A stretch of 64,000 nt of DNA from Lytechinus pictus (Eukaryota). The notes under the pieces are model-generated. The model had not been told where the DNA came from. It saw only the letters and a list, made by a program, of their open reading frames with translations, and ran no database searches. Numbering within the stretch: the stretch's first letter is position 1; each line of letters starts with the position of its first letter. The DNA is taken from contig NC_087248.1 of assembly GCF_037042905.1 (NCBI RefSeq), forward strand, positions 6,882,001 through 6,946,000, read 5' to 3'. A program made the position numbers and the translations under genes. This document shows positions 15,421-41,292 of this stretch, one piece after another.

Positions 15421-15522
15421 GATTATATAAACAATAAAGAACATATAATAGATATGCAATTAGACTGTAATTCTGTAACTTTCTTTGTACAGGAACTAAT
15501 CGCGACACCTTGATGCAGTAGA

Positions 15523-16109
15523 ATGGCGAGGCGAGCTGTGGTTGCATCGACCGTCGTCCTCACTTTGATGACGGTCATTATACTCAGTCTCCTATTCGAC
15601 GGTAGCTATAACCGCAGCGAGGATGCCGCAGTGGTGGTCGGCGATACAGCGTCACATCGGTAATATATAAAAACACATAACACCCCTCTCCTGATCCTCT
15701 CCCCTTCACTAGCTCTTCTCCTTCCCGGTGACATCTTATTCTATTCAACTGGCATCGTTTGATGGAACTTTTCTTGATTATTTCGTCTTTTAAGCATAAA
15801 TCCGTAGATACTGGGCTACATATGAATGGGGTTCTGCCCCCCCCCCCCCCCAAAAAAAAAAAAAAGAATAAATCCATGGCCATAAATGGAGAAGAAAAAA
15901 AGGAAGAGGAAAAGGTGAAATATGTTCGTTGAAGATTATGTAAAAAAAATAGTAGCAGTTTTATTTTATTCAAAGAAAATCAAAATGTTCCGCTGGCTGG
16001 CATCTTTGTAAGAAATTTCCCCACATATACGCCATGTTGTGTCCATCAGAAGTCATTACACCACTGGATTTAGGTATCTGCTTTTGCCAGATGCCCCCCC
16101 CCCCCCCCC

Positions 16110-16154
<45 letters not shown>

Positions 16155-17287
16155 CCAGCAGTTATTTTGTGTGTTACACTAAATGTATCGTATTAATTTG
16201 TATTTTGATCGATTTTGATGTAAGTGTTATGACCAATTTAACAATAACTTCCTATTGAATTCATTTGCAGTATTATTTATTTTTATTATTTTTTATTAAC
16301 AGTATGTACAGCGAAAATAATCTGGATCCGAGTGAACGTATCTTACCAAGAAAAGAAGGGGAGTGTCAACCTGAGAAACAGATAGTGTTTTTGAAGACGC
16401 ACAAGACAGCCAGCAGCACCACAGCCGGTATCATCGACCTCTTTGCTTACAAGAACAACCTGACGGTGGCCGTTCCACCAGACGGTCAGGCCTACATGGA
16501 CCGTACTAAGCTCTTCCAACGGGATATGATTGCCAAATTACGCAAGAGGGCCGTGAAATGGAGAGACACTGTCGGCTTCAATGTCTTCTCCAGCCACGCG
16601 CGTTACAATCGCAAAGAAATGGACGCCGTGGTCCCCAACGCGAAATACATCACCATCTTACGTGATCCCAGCAAGCAGCTACCTTCTGCGTTGGTGTACT
16701 ACAAGTTCGACACACGTCTTGAGCGTAAGTTTAATAGACAGGGCAGGACGTACACGAATGTCCTGGAGGAGTTCATGAGAGACCCGGCTGCAAACATGGA
16801 ACTCATCGAAATGAAACCAATGGCTCATGTTGTGCACAATCAACAGTTCTTTGACCTCGGCTTGGACACCAAGTACTCCACGGACTGGGTCAAAATCGAT
16901 AGAACCATAAGGAAACTCGATAAAGAACTTGACCTCGTAATGATTACGGAATATTACGATGAATCGCTTATTCTGCTGCGTGATTTGCTCTGTTGGACAA
17001 CTGAAGACATTCTCTACACGAAAAGAATGGTTCGCAATACCACGTCATCTCACCAAATCCGCCCTGAAACGCTTACCAAAATCCGCCAATGGAATGGTGC
17101 CGACACACACCTTTATGAACATTATAATAGGACGTTGTGGCAAAAGATAGCTGCATATGGACCAAGATTCGACGACGAACTGCAAAAGTTCAGGGATCGC
17201 TTGAAAAGCGTGACTGAAGATGAAACGGGATCACACCGGAAATTGATTAACAAAATGGCCAAACTTATGAAGAATATATATGCATGA
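15523..17287 (+). CDS. Galactose-3-O-sulfotransferase-like protein, paralog 2; join(15523..15659,16303..17287), 373 aa
   Basis: Exon 1 encodes MARRAVVASTVVLTLMTVIILSLLF (signal anchor), has 137 coding nt and ends CG|GTAATA in phase 2. Acceptor attaacag|T at 16303 is in frame with ORF 16265..17287, which has IVFLKTHKTASST, YITILRDP, NQQFFDLG, LVMITEYYDESLILLRDLLCW. Confidence 0.9.
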
Positions 17288-18047
17288 TTTCCCTTTTCAA
17301 CAGCTCATGAAGACTTACAACACTATGGTAACTTTGACAATGGTCTAACTAATGTGGTAACATGGCTCAGCAGCCAGCCAATCAAAATCAAGTTTTACAT
17401 CGCAGTGCAATAATGGCTAAGTTACCATAGTAGTCAGTCTTATGAAGCAGATCTCTGATATAGGAAAGTAGATGTAAGTTCTGTTTCTTCCCAGTATAAA
17501 TTGGCCATTCTTTGCAAACGGGGATTTCAAGAAAGTTATTTATGCCATTTTGCGTGGATATATAAAATGGCTACCCTCTTTCCTTCCTTCCACCCCACCC
17601 ACACTTTCCCGCTTCCGTTTAGATTCAATGGAAGATCTACTGCATAAAACAATTTCACGTTAATGCATTCCAGTGGTATGGTCGATTCGTGTGACATGAT
17701 TTCTGTATGATGATTCCACTTTTCAAGGAAAATATAAACGAGGGGGTCATAAATGCTATTTTAAAGAAATGTACTCATGGAATTGGACTATATTTTGGCG
17801 AAAGTCAACTTCCCAAAGCGATTATTGCCTAGACATGGAAATAGATTCCAACCATCGATTATATATATACTCTGTACCTGTCTAAAGATGTGTGATAAGA
17901 AAAAGAATTGAGTGAAAGGAATTGAAAGGACCAAAAATTGAAACCTCAGTGATTTTTTTTTCTTCATTAACGACATGACAATATTCACATCATTCCTTCC
18001 CAAGTACTTCATAAAGCGGACTTAGCTATTTTGCTTTAGTTTGTTTC

Positions 18048-18333
18048 CATGGCCCTCGGAAGCGGGGTGCTGCGTTGTATTATTCTCCACAGGCAGCACT
18101 CCCTAGAATTTTGAAAGGTGTGACAAAATGTAACTAAAATGACCTACATTTTTTACAGAACCCCCCCCCCTTTTTTGGGTGGGGGGGGGGCTTGTCAAAT
18201 TCCCAGGACCCAAATGACCTTCATTTTGTAGTGAAATCTTTTTTTTTTTGCTAGTCGTATTTCTCTGGACCAAAATGACCTTCCTTTATGGAGTGAACCC
18301 CCCCCTTTTTTTTTTATCGTTCCCAGGGCCCTG
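18048..18333. mobile_element. hAT-like MITE
   Basis: CATGGCCCTCGGAA / TTCCCAGGGCCCTG termini; 8-bp TSD TTTGTTTC/ATTGTTTC (7/8 match). Related sequence at ~41680-41890. Confidence 0.55.
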
Positions 18334-21300
18334 ATTGTTTCCCATGAAAAATATGTAAACTGGTATATCTGCTCATGAGTTTATAGGAATATGATCACCA
18401 TACATCACCCACCCCCCCCCCCCCTCTTCTGCTTCCGATCCTCTACCCTCTGTCTGCTATTCTATAGTTAATGTCTTGTCCAGAGATGTGTAAATAATGG
18501 TTTTAATAATTACAAACTTGGTGAAAGATTATTTTAAAACTCTCAGGTGTACTATTGTTGCTTCACTACGCATGTACATATCACTTTAAACGCAAGACTT
18601 CGTATGTTGTTTGTATCTAAGAAAAAAAATATGCATCGTCCATTTTCCCAGCGATCTGGTGCTTTATTTTGTCATTTTTCTAACATCGAATATCATCAAA
18701 AACTCTAGAAAATATAATACTATGAATGGATGTTATTGTTGATGTAATATATTGTGTTTCATAAATCAGTTTCTGGCGATATTTTTCGTTTGTGTTTTTA
18801 CTCTGCATCATTTTGAAGGCAAAAGGAATTTTAATCCACTGTTGGCATTTTTTCTTGGACGTCCGTTAAAATTCGTTGTGAATTATCAGTCTCTTTCATT
18901 AGAAATATTCTGAAAAAACGATGAAAGAGAAAATTAAGAAGCAATATGGTTGGACTTTATACTGTATGGAAATATTAATTTATGGAATTTTCTAGTTGAC
19001 ATTTTTTTGTGTATTCCGGTGATTTTTTTCCAAAGATAGCCAGTTTTTGATAGACCAAATGTATTTGATATATTTATTTTAGCTATTTCCCATGCTGTAT
19101 ATCAAAATATTTGTACAGATTGTTTGCACAGATATATCAGTATTAGTTCGTTATCGCTCATAAGTACGAAGTATACATGTTTGATTCAGGGATTATGATT
19201 TGCAAGTATATCCATGGTTCAGTTATTTCCGATGATAGTGTAAAATGAAAGTAACCAATAATTAAGCTCTTCGTCTCATTGTAAGAGTTAATAATTGACC
19301 ATTCAGTATCTTTGATTTATATTTCTGTTAATGGATTGAAGGGAATTGGGGTACTAACTAATGTATATTCATGATGANNNNNNNNNNNNNNNNNNNNNNN
19401 NNNNNNNNNNNNNNNNNNNNNNNNNNNNNNNNNNNNNNNNNNNNNNNNNNNNNNNNNNNNNNNNNNNNNNNNNNNNNNNNNNNNNNNNNNNNNNNNNNNN
19501 NNNNNNNNNNNNNNNNNNNNNNNNNNNNNNNNNNNNNNNNNNNNNNNNNNNNNNNNNNNNNNNNNNNNNNNNNNNNNNNNNNNNNNNNNNNNNNNNNNNN
19601 NNNNNNNNNNNNNNNNNNNNNNNNNNNNNTTTTAATAAACGAGGTGTATCGTCTGATTCAATCCAGTTGGCCTACTCTTGTGCACAAAATGTTGATGATT
19701 ACTTTTGTCTAAGAAGTGTTTTCATTAAAGGTCAAATCCACCATCACAGTATCTTGACTAACCAAGCATATCTCTGAAAGTTTCATTAAAAATAGGATGT
19801 AGAAAAAATATGACATTTTGAAATATTCTTTGATTTCATAAAATAGTAATATGCATAACACATCTATTATTCAATAGAGGGAATCGATAACGTCACCAGT
19901 TTCATGATCTTTTTTTAGAAACTGTTGTTTTATAGATTTCTTTGATAGTGTATCGAATAAGGAGAACTGCTTCATTTTTCCACGCTGTTGGCCCATAATT
20001 TTTGGTCACAATTTTAATCTTGAACGTACTTTAATATTTTTAGATATGGGTAATATGAGGTCAGTAATCAAATAAAACTTTTTCATTTTTTATCATGTTA
20101 TAATATATCGTCCTGTGGTTGTTTATAGGGCTTACGCTTTCCCTGATCATGCTGATAACTAATATTTTCGCTACTTTGTAAGTTTCCTTGCTTTCTTATG
20201 GTTCGTGTATCTGTTAATTTCCGCAATTTAATATATACTTGTATTTATAAAAGCTTTTTATATCTAATAATTTTGGTCTACCTGCCTCTGTTATTTTTTT
20301 TGGTGCGTGTGTCAATGTGTGATTCTGGATCAATTTGGTCATCCATTTGGGTCATTAAAGTGGAGTCCACCTCGACAAAAGTTAATTTGAAGAAAACACC
20401 AAAAAATCAAATAAGCTTAATGACAAATGAGGAAACCAATGACGTCATCCATTCGCTAATCAGCGAATTTATTTTGGAAATTATTTTGTTTGTATGTGTG
20501 CGTGTGTGTGTTTTATGATAAACATTGTTAGACCTTACGAGGGCTGAAAAGAGTAATTAGAGAGAGGGGTGAGATGGGGTAGAGGGAGGGGTAGAGAGAG
20601 AGAAGGGGGTAGAGAGTCGGTTGAAGAGATTGAGCATGTTGAGAGGTAAGCAATTTGCTTCAACTGTCTTTGCCAGCGCGTCGGGATTTGTGTGGGAGAA
20701 ATCCATTATATAGGATTAGAGATGAAATATTTACACGCCATAATGTATATAGCGATAGTGTTGTCAGCTCGAGGAAAGACGAGGGGAATAAGCTTGTTGG
20801 GAATTGAATGCATAATGTATGTGGAAAATCGACTCAGAAACGATCAGGCATGATGTTAAAGAGAAGATCTTGCAATAAAGTTGCGATAAAGCTGTAGGAG
20901 TCAGGATTTTTTTCCTTCGGTTTCTTTTACATGAACATAATGACACAGACTCAAACACATGGCGAAAACAAACTGTTTCGTGAAGATGGAAAGCGTTTCC
21001 ATGTTTTTTTTTTTTCGGTAAAGATCAAAATACATTTTCTTGTATCCTCCAAAACCCAAGCAGCTTTATTTCCGTTAGGAATAGAATTGAGGCGTGACAT
21101 TTTCTTTAAAAGACGATAATCATGCGCTTAAAAAAAAGTCGGGACAAGGTGTTATATTGTGATTTAATATAAAAATGTAATTTTCTTCCTTTTCCTCATT
21201 ATGACGGTGTGACTGTTCTGTTGTAAAGAAAGCTTGATGGCTATCAAGAAAAACTTTCAAAATCACATCGATCAAATTCTTTTGCTTCAACGTCAATATC

Positions 21301-24300
21301 TTTTCAGTCCTTCTATTTTTCAACTCATTTTTTTCTTCTTTTTTTTTAGCTTAAATGTCAAAAAAATTGTGGGGGATGCTCCCCATGTTTTTTTTGTAAT
21401 TTTGCAATTTTCTTGCAATATAAGAATATATATATATATATATTTTTAATAAAAAGGGTATTTTGGATTGATTTGCTAAAATACAAATATCCTTTTTGTC
21501 TCCCTCGTTATTTTGGGGTATGATTTGCGCTTCAGACAGGAAGCTTGTTAGCTTGATAACCACAATGGTTATGGTTAGGATTTGTTGCAAAAAATATGTA
21601 TCATAATTTTTTACTCATTCCTTAGTACCGTAATTTACTTTCCAAAGTTGTTATGGTGGCCCACAAAAAAAATTGTTATCCATATAAATTTATCTTTTAA
21701 AAAATGTTTGTGAATCCCTTTCTGATTTTTAACTTAAAATATACACATTCGATCTTTTTTTTTTATTCAAATCAACTTGTCACGTTCGTTGCTGTATTTG
21801 ACTTGGGCTTGGGAAAATGGTTTGGATGCGGATATCCTTAAGTATGAGATGATGAACTGTAATTTTATCGTTCATAACACTATATCTCATCGATACGGTA
21901 CGTCGCTTGAATGCTTGATATATCCGATTTTGAATGGATATTAAACAAAAAGCACTTCAAAATAGGTAAAGGTGACAAGGGGCGGTGCCAGAATATTTTG
22001 ATAAGGGGGGGGGGGCAAAGTGACCTAATGGTGACGTCACGCTTTTTTCTCAATATTTGTATCAATTAAGAGGCATCATAATAAAGCCCTAAAATGTGTC
22101 TTCTCCCTTTTATACTCTCCTTCTTCCTTCCTTTAATTTTATCTCTCTTCTTTTTTGTCTTCTCCTCTTTTTAAATGTATTCCGTATCTTGAAAATCATA
22201 GAGACAGTCTTTCACATAAGCACCTCCCCCCCCCCCCCCCTCCCCCATGTGGATGACTGCAATGGAGCTTACTCACGCTGGATTTGTTTTTTCATGTGGT
22301 GTTACAAAAAAAACATCGGAAAATACATTTTAATATTTTTGTTGAATGTCGGCCTAGAATAGCGGTGAAGACCCCTCCCAAATTTTAACTACCTTGCTTT
22401 CAAAAGCTTTAAGGGTGATACGCCCCATGCATATTTGGGCATAAATTCCCAAACTCTTATCACTTTTTCATGAATATGGTATCCTGCCAAATATTACTGG
22501 TAATCATCATTATATTACTTTCGTTATTATGGTAATGATATGAGTTCCGGGGCCCCGCCCCCATACCTCCATCAGTTTACTCCACTCATGGACCTACTGC
22601 TTCGCTTGATAGTTTACTTTAGTCGTGTATGAATGAGCAAAGGATCCATCGGATCGAGCGCGATCCATTAAGACAGTGCCCAAATCCCTTGTGATAACGA
22701 CAACTATTCCGTTGTCATGGTAACGATCACTTTCCCTTCACTGTCTGAACGTAAAAAAAGATAATGGATATGAATTTATTCGAGCAACATCAGTTTCGGT
22801 TGTAATATCCAAATGACAGTTAATATTCCAATGACATTTGATAATTTCATTCGAAACTACGTCAGTATTCTGAAAGGAAAACAATGTAGATTGACTATTG
22901 CCTATTTTTCTTTACTTAAACCCAATTTCATTTCAGAATACCGGCAATTTGGTTTATTATGAACGGAATCATCTATGGTAATAAACAAAAAAAAACAACC
23001 AAAGATTGATCAGGGCAACCATGGATAAGTCCATGGGGCAACGTAGTATGACGTGAATTACAAAATTCGTTATCTTACTCTCCGATAATGCAATATGTAC
23101 ATATACATTATAGTTATCAGTGCTATATCTGATGTGCACAAAATCTCAAACAGAAATTATTATTCGTCCGTTGTGCATTTCTTTGCCGATAAAAGATCAG
23201 TGGCCTATATACATGTAAATGCACAAGTTTATCTTGATATCTCTCTCTCTTTATATTTATCATAATGTTACCTGCCAGTTTGGATGCCTCATTATAATTA
23301 ATTCATCAAATTTATTACCGCCCTCGTCAAGGGCAAATCCAGTAATCCGCGAGAGAGGGACAAACAAGTCCCTAAATTTTTTCAAGCAACAGTTTCTAAT
23401 TAGTAAGCATTTATGGGATGGAAAGTTTACCAAATTCTTTGAAATGTAAAATTAAAACGTTTATTTCATGAAAAGAAGTAATTTTCATTTAAAAAATTTG
23501 ATAGGCCTACATTAAAAAGGCTGATGGGACATTTCCATTTATTTTTTTCTCGCAAATTTCGCAAGAGGGATACAATGAGCAATTATGTCATATAATCATT
23601 ATCACATCATCATAATCATTATCATCACCACCACCACCATCATGGTTATCTTCATCATTGCTACAACTACTATCAATCATTATCACTGTCGACACTCGAC
23701 ATCCTTATCATAAATACCAGTCATTATCACCATAAACATGATCACCATCATCATCATCAACATCATCACTATACTAATTATAATCAGTACCATCACCATT
23801 ATCACCATAAACATGATCACCACCATCATCATCATCACCATTGTCATCATCATCATCACCATTGTCATCATCATAATCACCACCAATACCAACAGCATCA
23901 CCACCATCATCACCATGACTACCATCATCAATATCCAAATGGAGGTATAACAGTATGATTCACAAAGTATACAAACATATACAAATACTACATGTCCTTT
24001 AATCAACTGTTTTTACACTGAATTACAGAAAATCGGACATTGGCTGAACACAATTCATATTGTAGAAAAAAAATGATACATACTGTACATTGTATAATCA
24101 ATTCCTTACAAGGAAAATACATGGAAATCATCGAAAAACACTGATAGTAATCATTTGATTTGATCGCTCTTGCTATTACCTACTGATGTTGCAATTAGGT
24201 CGAATACATTTCCCTTTTTCCCCTCTCTCTTTCTTTATAGTGAGGGAGCAGCAGTACTTGGTCTCTTCACTCACTTTTCAAATGAATGCAGACAGCAGAC

Positions 24301-25663
24301 AAAATAACTTATAATCTTCAGTACTTCAGATAAATTAATACAGCATCCGTCGACTGGAAAATTATATAATTAACATAGAATAACCGAAGCAAAGACAACA
24401 ACGATCAAAGAATGAATATTTGCTTTCAAAAAGCAAAATGAAGTGAAACGTACTGCAACAGAATAAATACAGTTAGAGAAGATGCAACATTCTTACACCA
24501 CCAACTTACTTATTTTTATAAGAGTTTGTATTTCCTGCTTTGATATCAAACATACAACCAGGTAAACACTAGGAAACTCCGTACCAATTAGACAGAAATA
24601 ATGCTCTGTTTTAAGCAAACCATCATGAGGTATCACTAATTATTCATCAATTTCATTCAGGTACAACGGAAAAGGACCATTACATTGGAAAATATATAAT
24701 ATTCAGCATAAAACGCTTGTGCACTTATTCTAAAAAATAAGTCCCTTATCCTACCATCCTCCGTTCTAAGATGGAATATTCACAAAAATTTACAAACCGT
24801 TTCTCCACCCTACAAATTTTTTTGGGGAATAGATGCAAATATTGGTGAGGTATACTTGTATGTTTAACACCGTAGTTAAGCTCGAGTACCTACACAGACT
24901 AACATTTATGATTAAACACACATTGTAGCAGCAACAACCTAAGTGTTGGGTGTTTAAATTTATGCTGTCTATAAAAGTATTTTCTCTACATGCAAATAAA
25001 CAGAAAAATCCTCATGAGAAAAGTCTAGGTAGACTTTGCATTTCAGTAACATTAACGGCGAGGCTTGTTGTGCCGTAAATGACTGATGTCACAGGGATTA
25101 TTGCCATGAAGAGTTGTCTCAGTATGTCCCAACAAGCCTTCAGAAACTTATTTTCATTCCATTCCTCAAGAATCAATCCTTCCTTTTCAGCTCTCTGATC
25201 TCCATGACCCTTTATGCTGAAATCTAAGACCTTTTACGCGACTGTACGTCCCTTACAAAGACAATTATCCCCAAGACACCACCCCTGGGCTATATTAACA
25301 ACCGTACTGATCACCTTCAATAAACATACGAAAACTATCAACATTATATAAAAGATATTCAAATGATCCTAGACCAGACAACTACTGAAGGATTCAAATT
25401 GACAGGAATTTATCAGGAATTTTTTTTTTTTTTATGAGTTTACTTTTTTTTATCTTCTGGTTTAGATCTCAGACATACAAGTAGCAAAAAAAAACAAGGA
25501 CATTTTGGGGGTACCAAAGAGGTAATCAGGCAAACACATCGTGAAAAGAGGAAGGAATAAGGAAGTGATGGCACTAGAAATGGGTAGGCTAATGATAGTC
25601 AAGTATAGTTTGAGTCTTTGTTTTTCTTTTGTTGATCCAAATTTGTTTCAAAGAGTGGAGCTT

Positions 25664-38212
<12,549 letters not shown>

Positions 38213-38610
38213 GCTTGTGGGTGTTCTTAGTGTCACAGAAACCAGGAAAGATGAAAATCAATGTACGTTTTCTGCCAAGAACAATAGATTTCCTCCCCGC
38301 CAAACATGCAAAAATGTCGCGCGGAATGGACACGGAAGTGTCAATAGAGGGCCAGAGACAGAAATCGACGGATTATCGAACTGATGCGAAATAAGAATAA
38401 TCCAGGACCAGGGGAAACAATTATTTTTCAAAGTTTAGATCATTCTTTCATATTAACCTTAATATTACTTTACAAGTAAAAATAAAGATACTGAAAAAGT
38501 AACGATCGAAGTACAAAATCTGTTTGAACCGGCTGAATCGGACTGATACCGACAAAGGTGGATGGGGGGGGGGGGGCGGGCGGTGGATTGACATTAAGGC
38601 GGGAATTAAA
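38213..38610 (-). promoter_or_regulatory. Putative RBBP4 promoter/5'UTR
   Basis: Immediately upstream of the ATG: E2F-like TTTGGCGGGG (38295..38304, minus) and TTCCCGCC (38598..38605, minus), ETS core CGGAAGTG (38333..38340), GC boxes near 38574-38584. Motif-level evidence only. Confidence 0.5.
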
Positions 38611-38784
38611 AAAAACAAAAAACTAGTTGGCCTTTTATTTTCCCCCGGTAAAATCATCTATATGAGTAATGTGCCACCCAATCATATGGTATCTGTCATG
38701 GAATCCTTGATTTTGATTGGCTATTGAGCTTGAGACTTGCTACCATTGCAGTGGATGGAAAAGTTACCATATCAGTAACTTTAA

Positions 38785-39367
38785 AGGGATGGTCCAGGCT
38801 GGAAATATTTATACCTCAATGAATAGAGTAAAATTCACAAAGCAAAATGCTGACAATTTGATCAAAATCGGATAACAAATAACAAAGCTATTGAATTTTA
38901 AAGATTTGCATTATTATATGCTGTTCTAGGCATGTCTTTATGAATATTTATATTTCGGTGGGCTGATGATGTCATATCCCCACTTGTTCTTTTGTATTTT
39001 ATTATATGAAATTAGGTTTATTCAAAATTTCTCTACCAAGAACTAAAACAATTGGATAGACAACTGATTAAGTGCATTAGTTATTTGTTTTTCCTCAACA
39101 CATTTCATCATAATGGAGACACATCATGAAAATATGAAGAAAAAAAAAATACATTTCATGTAATAACATAAGAAAAAAAAGGAAAGTGTGATATGGATGT
39201 GACATCATCAGCCCACCTAATGAATATTCATGACGATGTGCATATAACTGTTTTCACAAAATATTGATAAACTTTAAAATTCAATAACTTCGTTATTAGA
39301 TTTTGTTTTCCGGTTTTGATGAAATTTTCAGCATTTTGCATAAAGATTTTCAGCCTGGACCATCCCT
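38785..39367. mobile_element. Kolobok-like non-autonomous element inserted in a Harbinger-like MITE
   Basis: Perfect TTAA TSD (38781..38784, 39368..39371). TIR AGGGATGGTCCAGGCTG / CAGCCTGGACCATCCCT. Subterminal sequence resembles 9293..9870. Confidence 0.8.
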
Positions 39368-41084
39368 TTAACAACGGGACCCAGATCCTTTATGCCCTCT
39401 CAGTCACATAGAATTTAAGGCAACAAGATCTTGTCCCGTGCTGAGTGTTGTAGATCCCAGAGGTGGGTGGCATGGTGATACACCCCGCCCCCCCCCCCCC
39501 CCATGCACCCAGTCCCATATGGAAGAACATTATAATGATTATTATATAATCATATGACAAGGATGATCGTGTGATAATGAGGGGGTAGACTATATTAAGA
39601 ACATCATGATGGATGGTATCTGGTATCATCATTGACCACCATTTTTTCATCGTAATTTTCTTGATTATAGTTCTCGGAGACTAAGCGGATAGACGGAAAC
39701 AAATATTTGTGACAGTGATACCCATATGCTTCGAACACAATCGGTATTCTGGGAGGGGGCGGGTACTGTCACATATATATTAGTTTATTTTCTTCTTCAA
39801 TCTTCTCCTGCTTCATCTTTTTTTTATTGCAATAAGACTTTTTGTGAAGTGACGTTAGTCGGCATAATGTCAATAATTATTCTCGAGAATATGGCTGCGA
39901 CGCCAAAACCAGTATCAACCCCCCCAAAAAGTCCGAAGTGCATGTTATTTCTTTTTAATTAAAATGTACGAAGTAGTTTGTTATATTTTGTAAATATTAA
40001 TCAAGATCTTCTGTTGTCATTAAAAGTCAAACACGTGGAATTGGAGAAGCTGAGTAAATTCTGATCATTCGCATTATTTGTCGTGTAAATGTAAAGTGCA
40101 AATTGAGCGATCCCGGTGTAGACATTAAATGTGCAAATATATGCATCATATATGAACGTTGCAAAAATGAACCCAACATCATGTTTTCAGAAAAGTATTA
40201 GATCTAAAATGCTGTCAATCATTTCAGTTATATCGATGTAATTAACAATCACTATCGTACAAACTGTTTGCTNNNNNNNNNNNNNNNNNNNNNNNNNNNN
40301 NNNNNNNNNNNNNNNNNNNNNNNNNNNNNNNNNNNNNNNNNNNNNNNNNNNNNNNNNNNNNNNNNNNNNNNNNNNNNNNNNNNNNNNNNNNNNNNNNNNN
40401 NNNNNNNNNNNNNNNNNNNNNNNNNNNNNNNNNNNNNNNNNNNNNNNNNNNNTAGTAGTATAGGAGTAGTAATAGTAGAATAGTAGTAGTAGTAGTAGTA
40501 GTATAGTAGTATAACATTGTTGTTGCTGTACATGACTATTTTATTGTACACAATTAATCGCCATCATTATAATCGCACCTCATGCAAAATATCATCAGAG
40601 TTGCTTTTCGCTTACACTGATATCATTGGGGTTGATGATGATGGTGGTTGTAGTGGTATATAGCGATACAGTTGTTATTTTGTTTTATTGTTGGTGGGGA
40701 TTTTGGTGGTATGTTTGTGGCGGTGTATGGTTGTGGTGGTGGCGGCGATGGTGGTGTTGATGAGGTCGTGACAACGTGGTGCATGGTGATGGTGTTGGTA
40801 ATGTTGGCGATACTGCATTTGTTGTTGTTGTTGGTGGTGGTGATATCACCAACGCAGAAAGACACCTCCCAGAATATACTGACTATGTATTCAGAAAGTT
40901 TTTTTTATGTTTTTAATGAAGTTCTTTCAAAAAACTTCATGAGCCGTTGACTATATGCCAATCAACATCCATTTGGATTAACCAAGCCCAAAAAAAATAT
41001 GAAAGATAATAACCAGACTGCATAATATGCATTTGAAGTAAAACTCATTCTACACAGTTCGTTTTGTTTATCTTCTATCGACCA

Positions 41085-41292
41085 GGGCCCTGTCTTACAA
41101 AGATTTACGATTGATTGATCATCTCAATACATGGAAATCCAACAATATGTCTTTTTTTTCTCAGGAAATTTGCATGATGTCTTTGTAAACAAAGAAAAGC
41201 TCACTGAATTTTCAAGAAAACAATGAATGTATGATTTCACATCACATTTAGGAAATATTTTGTTTAAACATGCTATTTGTAAGACGGGGCCC
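41085..41292. mobile_element. Harbinger-like MITE
   Basis: TIR GGGCCCTGTCTTACAAA / TTTGTAAGACGGGGCCC with CWG-type flanks. Confidence 0.65.

Noticed and set aside
14973-15513. Poly-Asp/Gly, poly-His and poly-Met ORFs (also 2493-2750, 13690-14509, 23683-24006, 40623-40950, 41404-41629)
   Set aside because: Translations of GAT/GGT microsatellites or N-gaps; open in several frames with no gene context.
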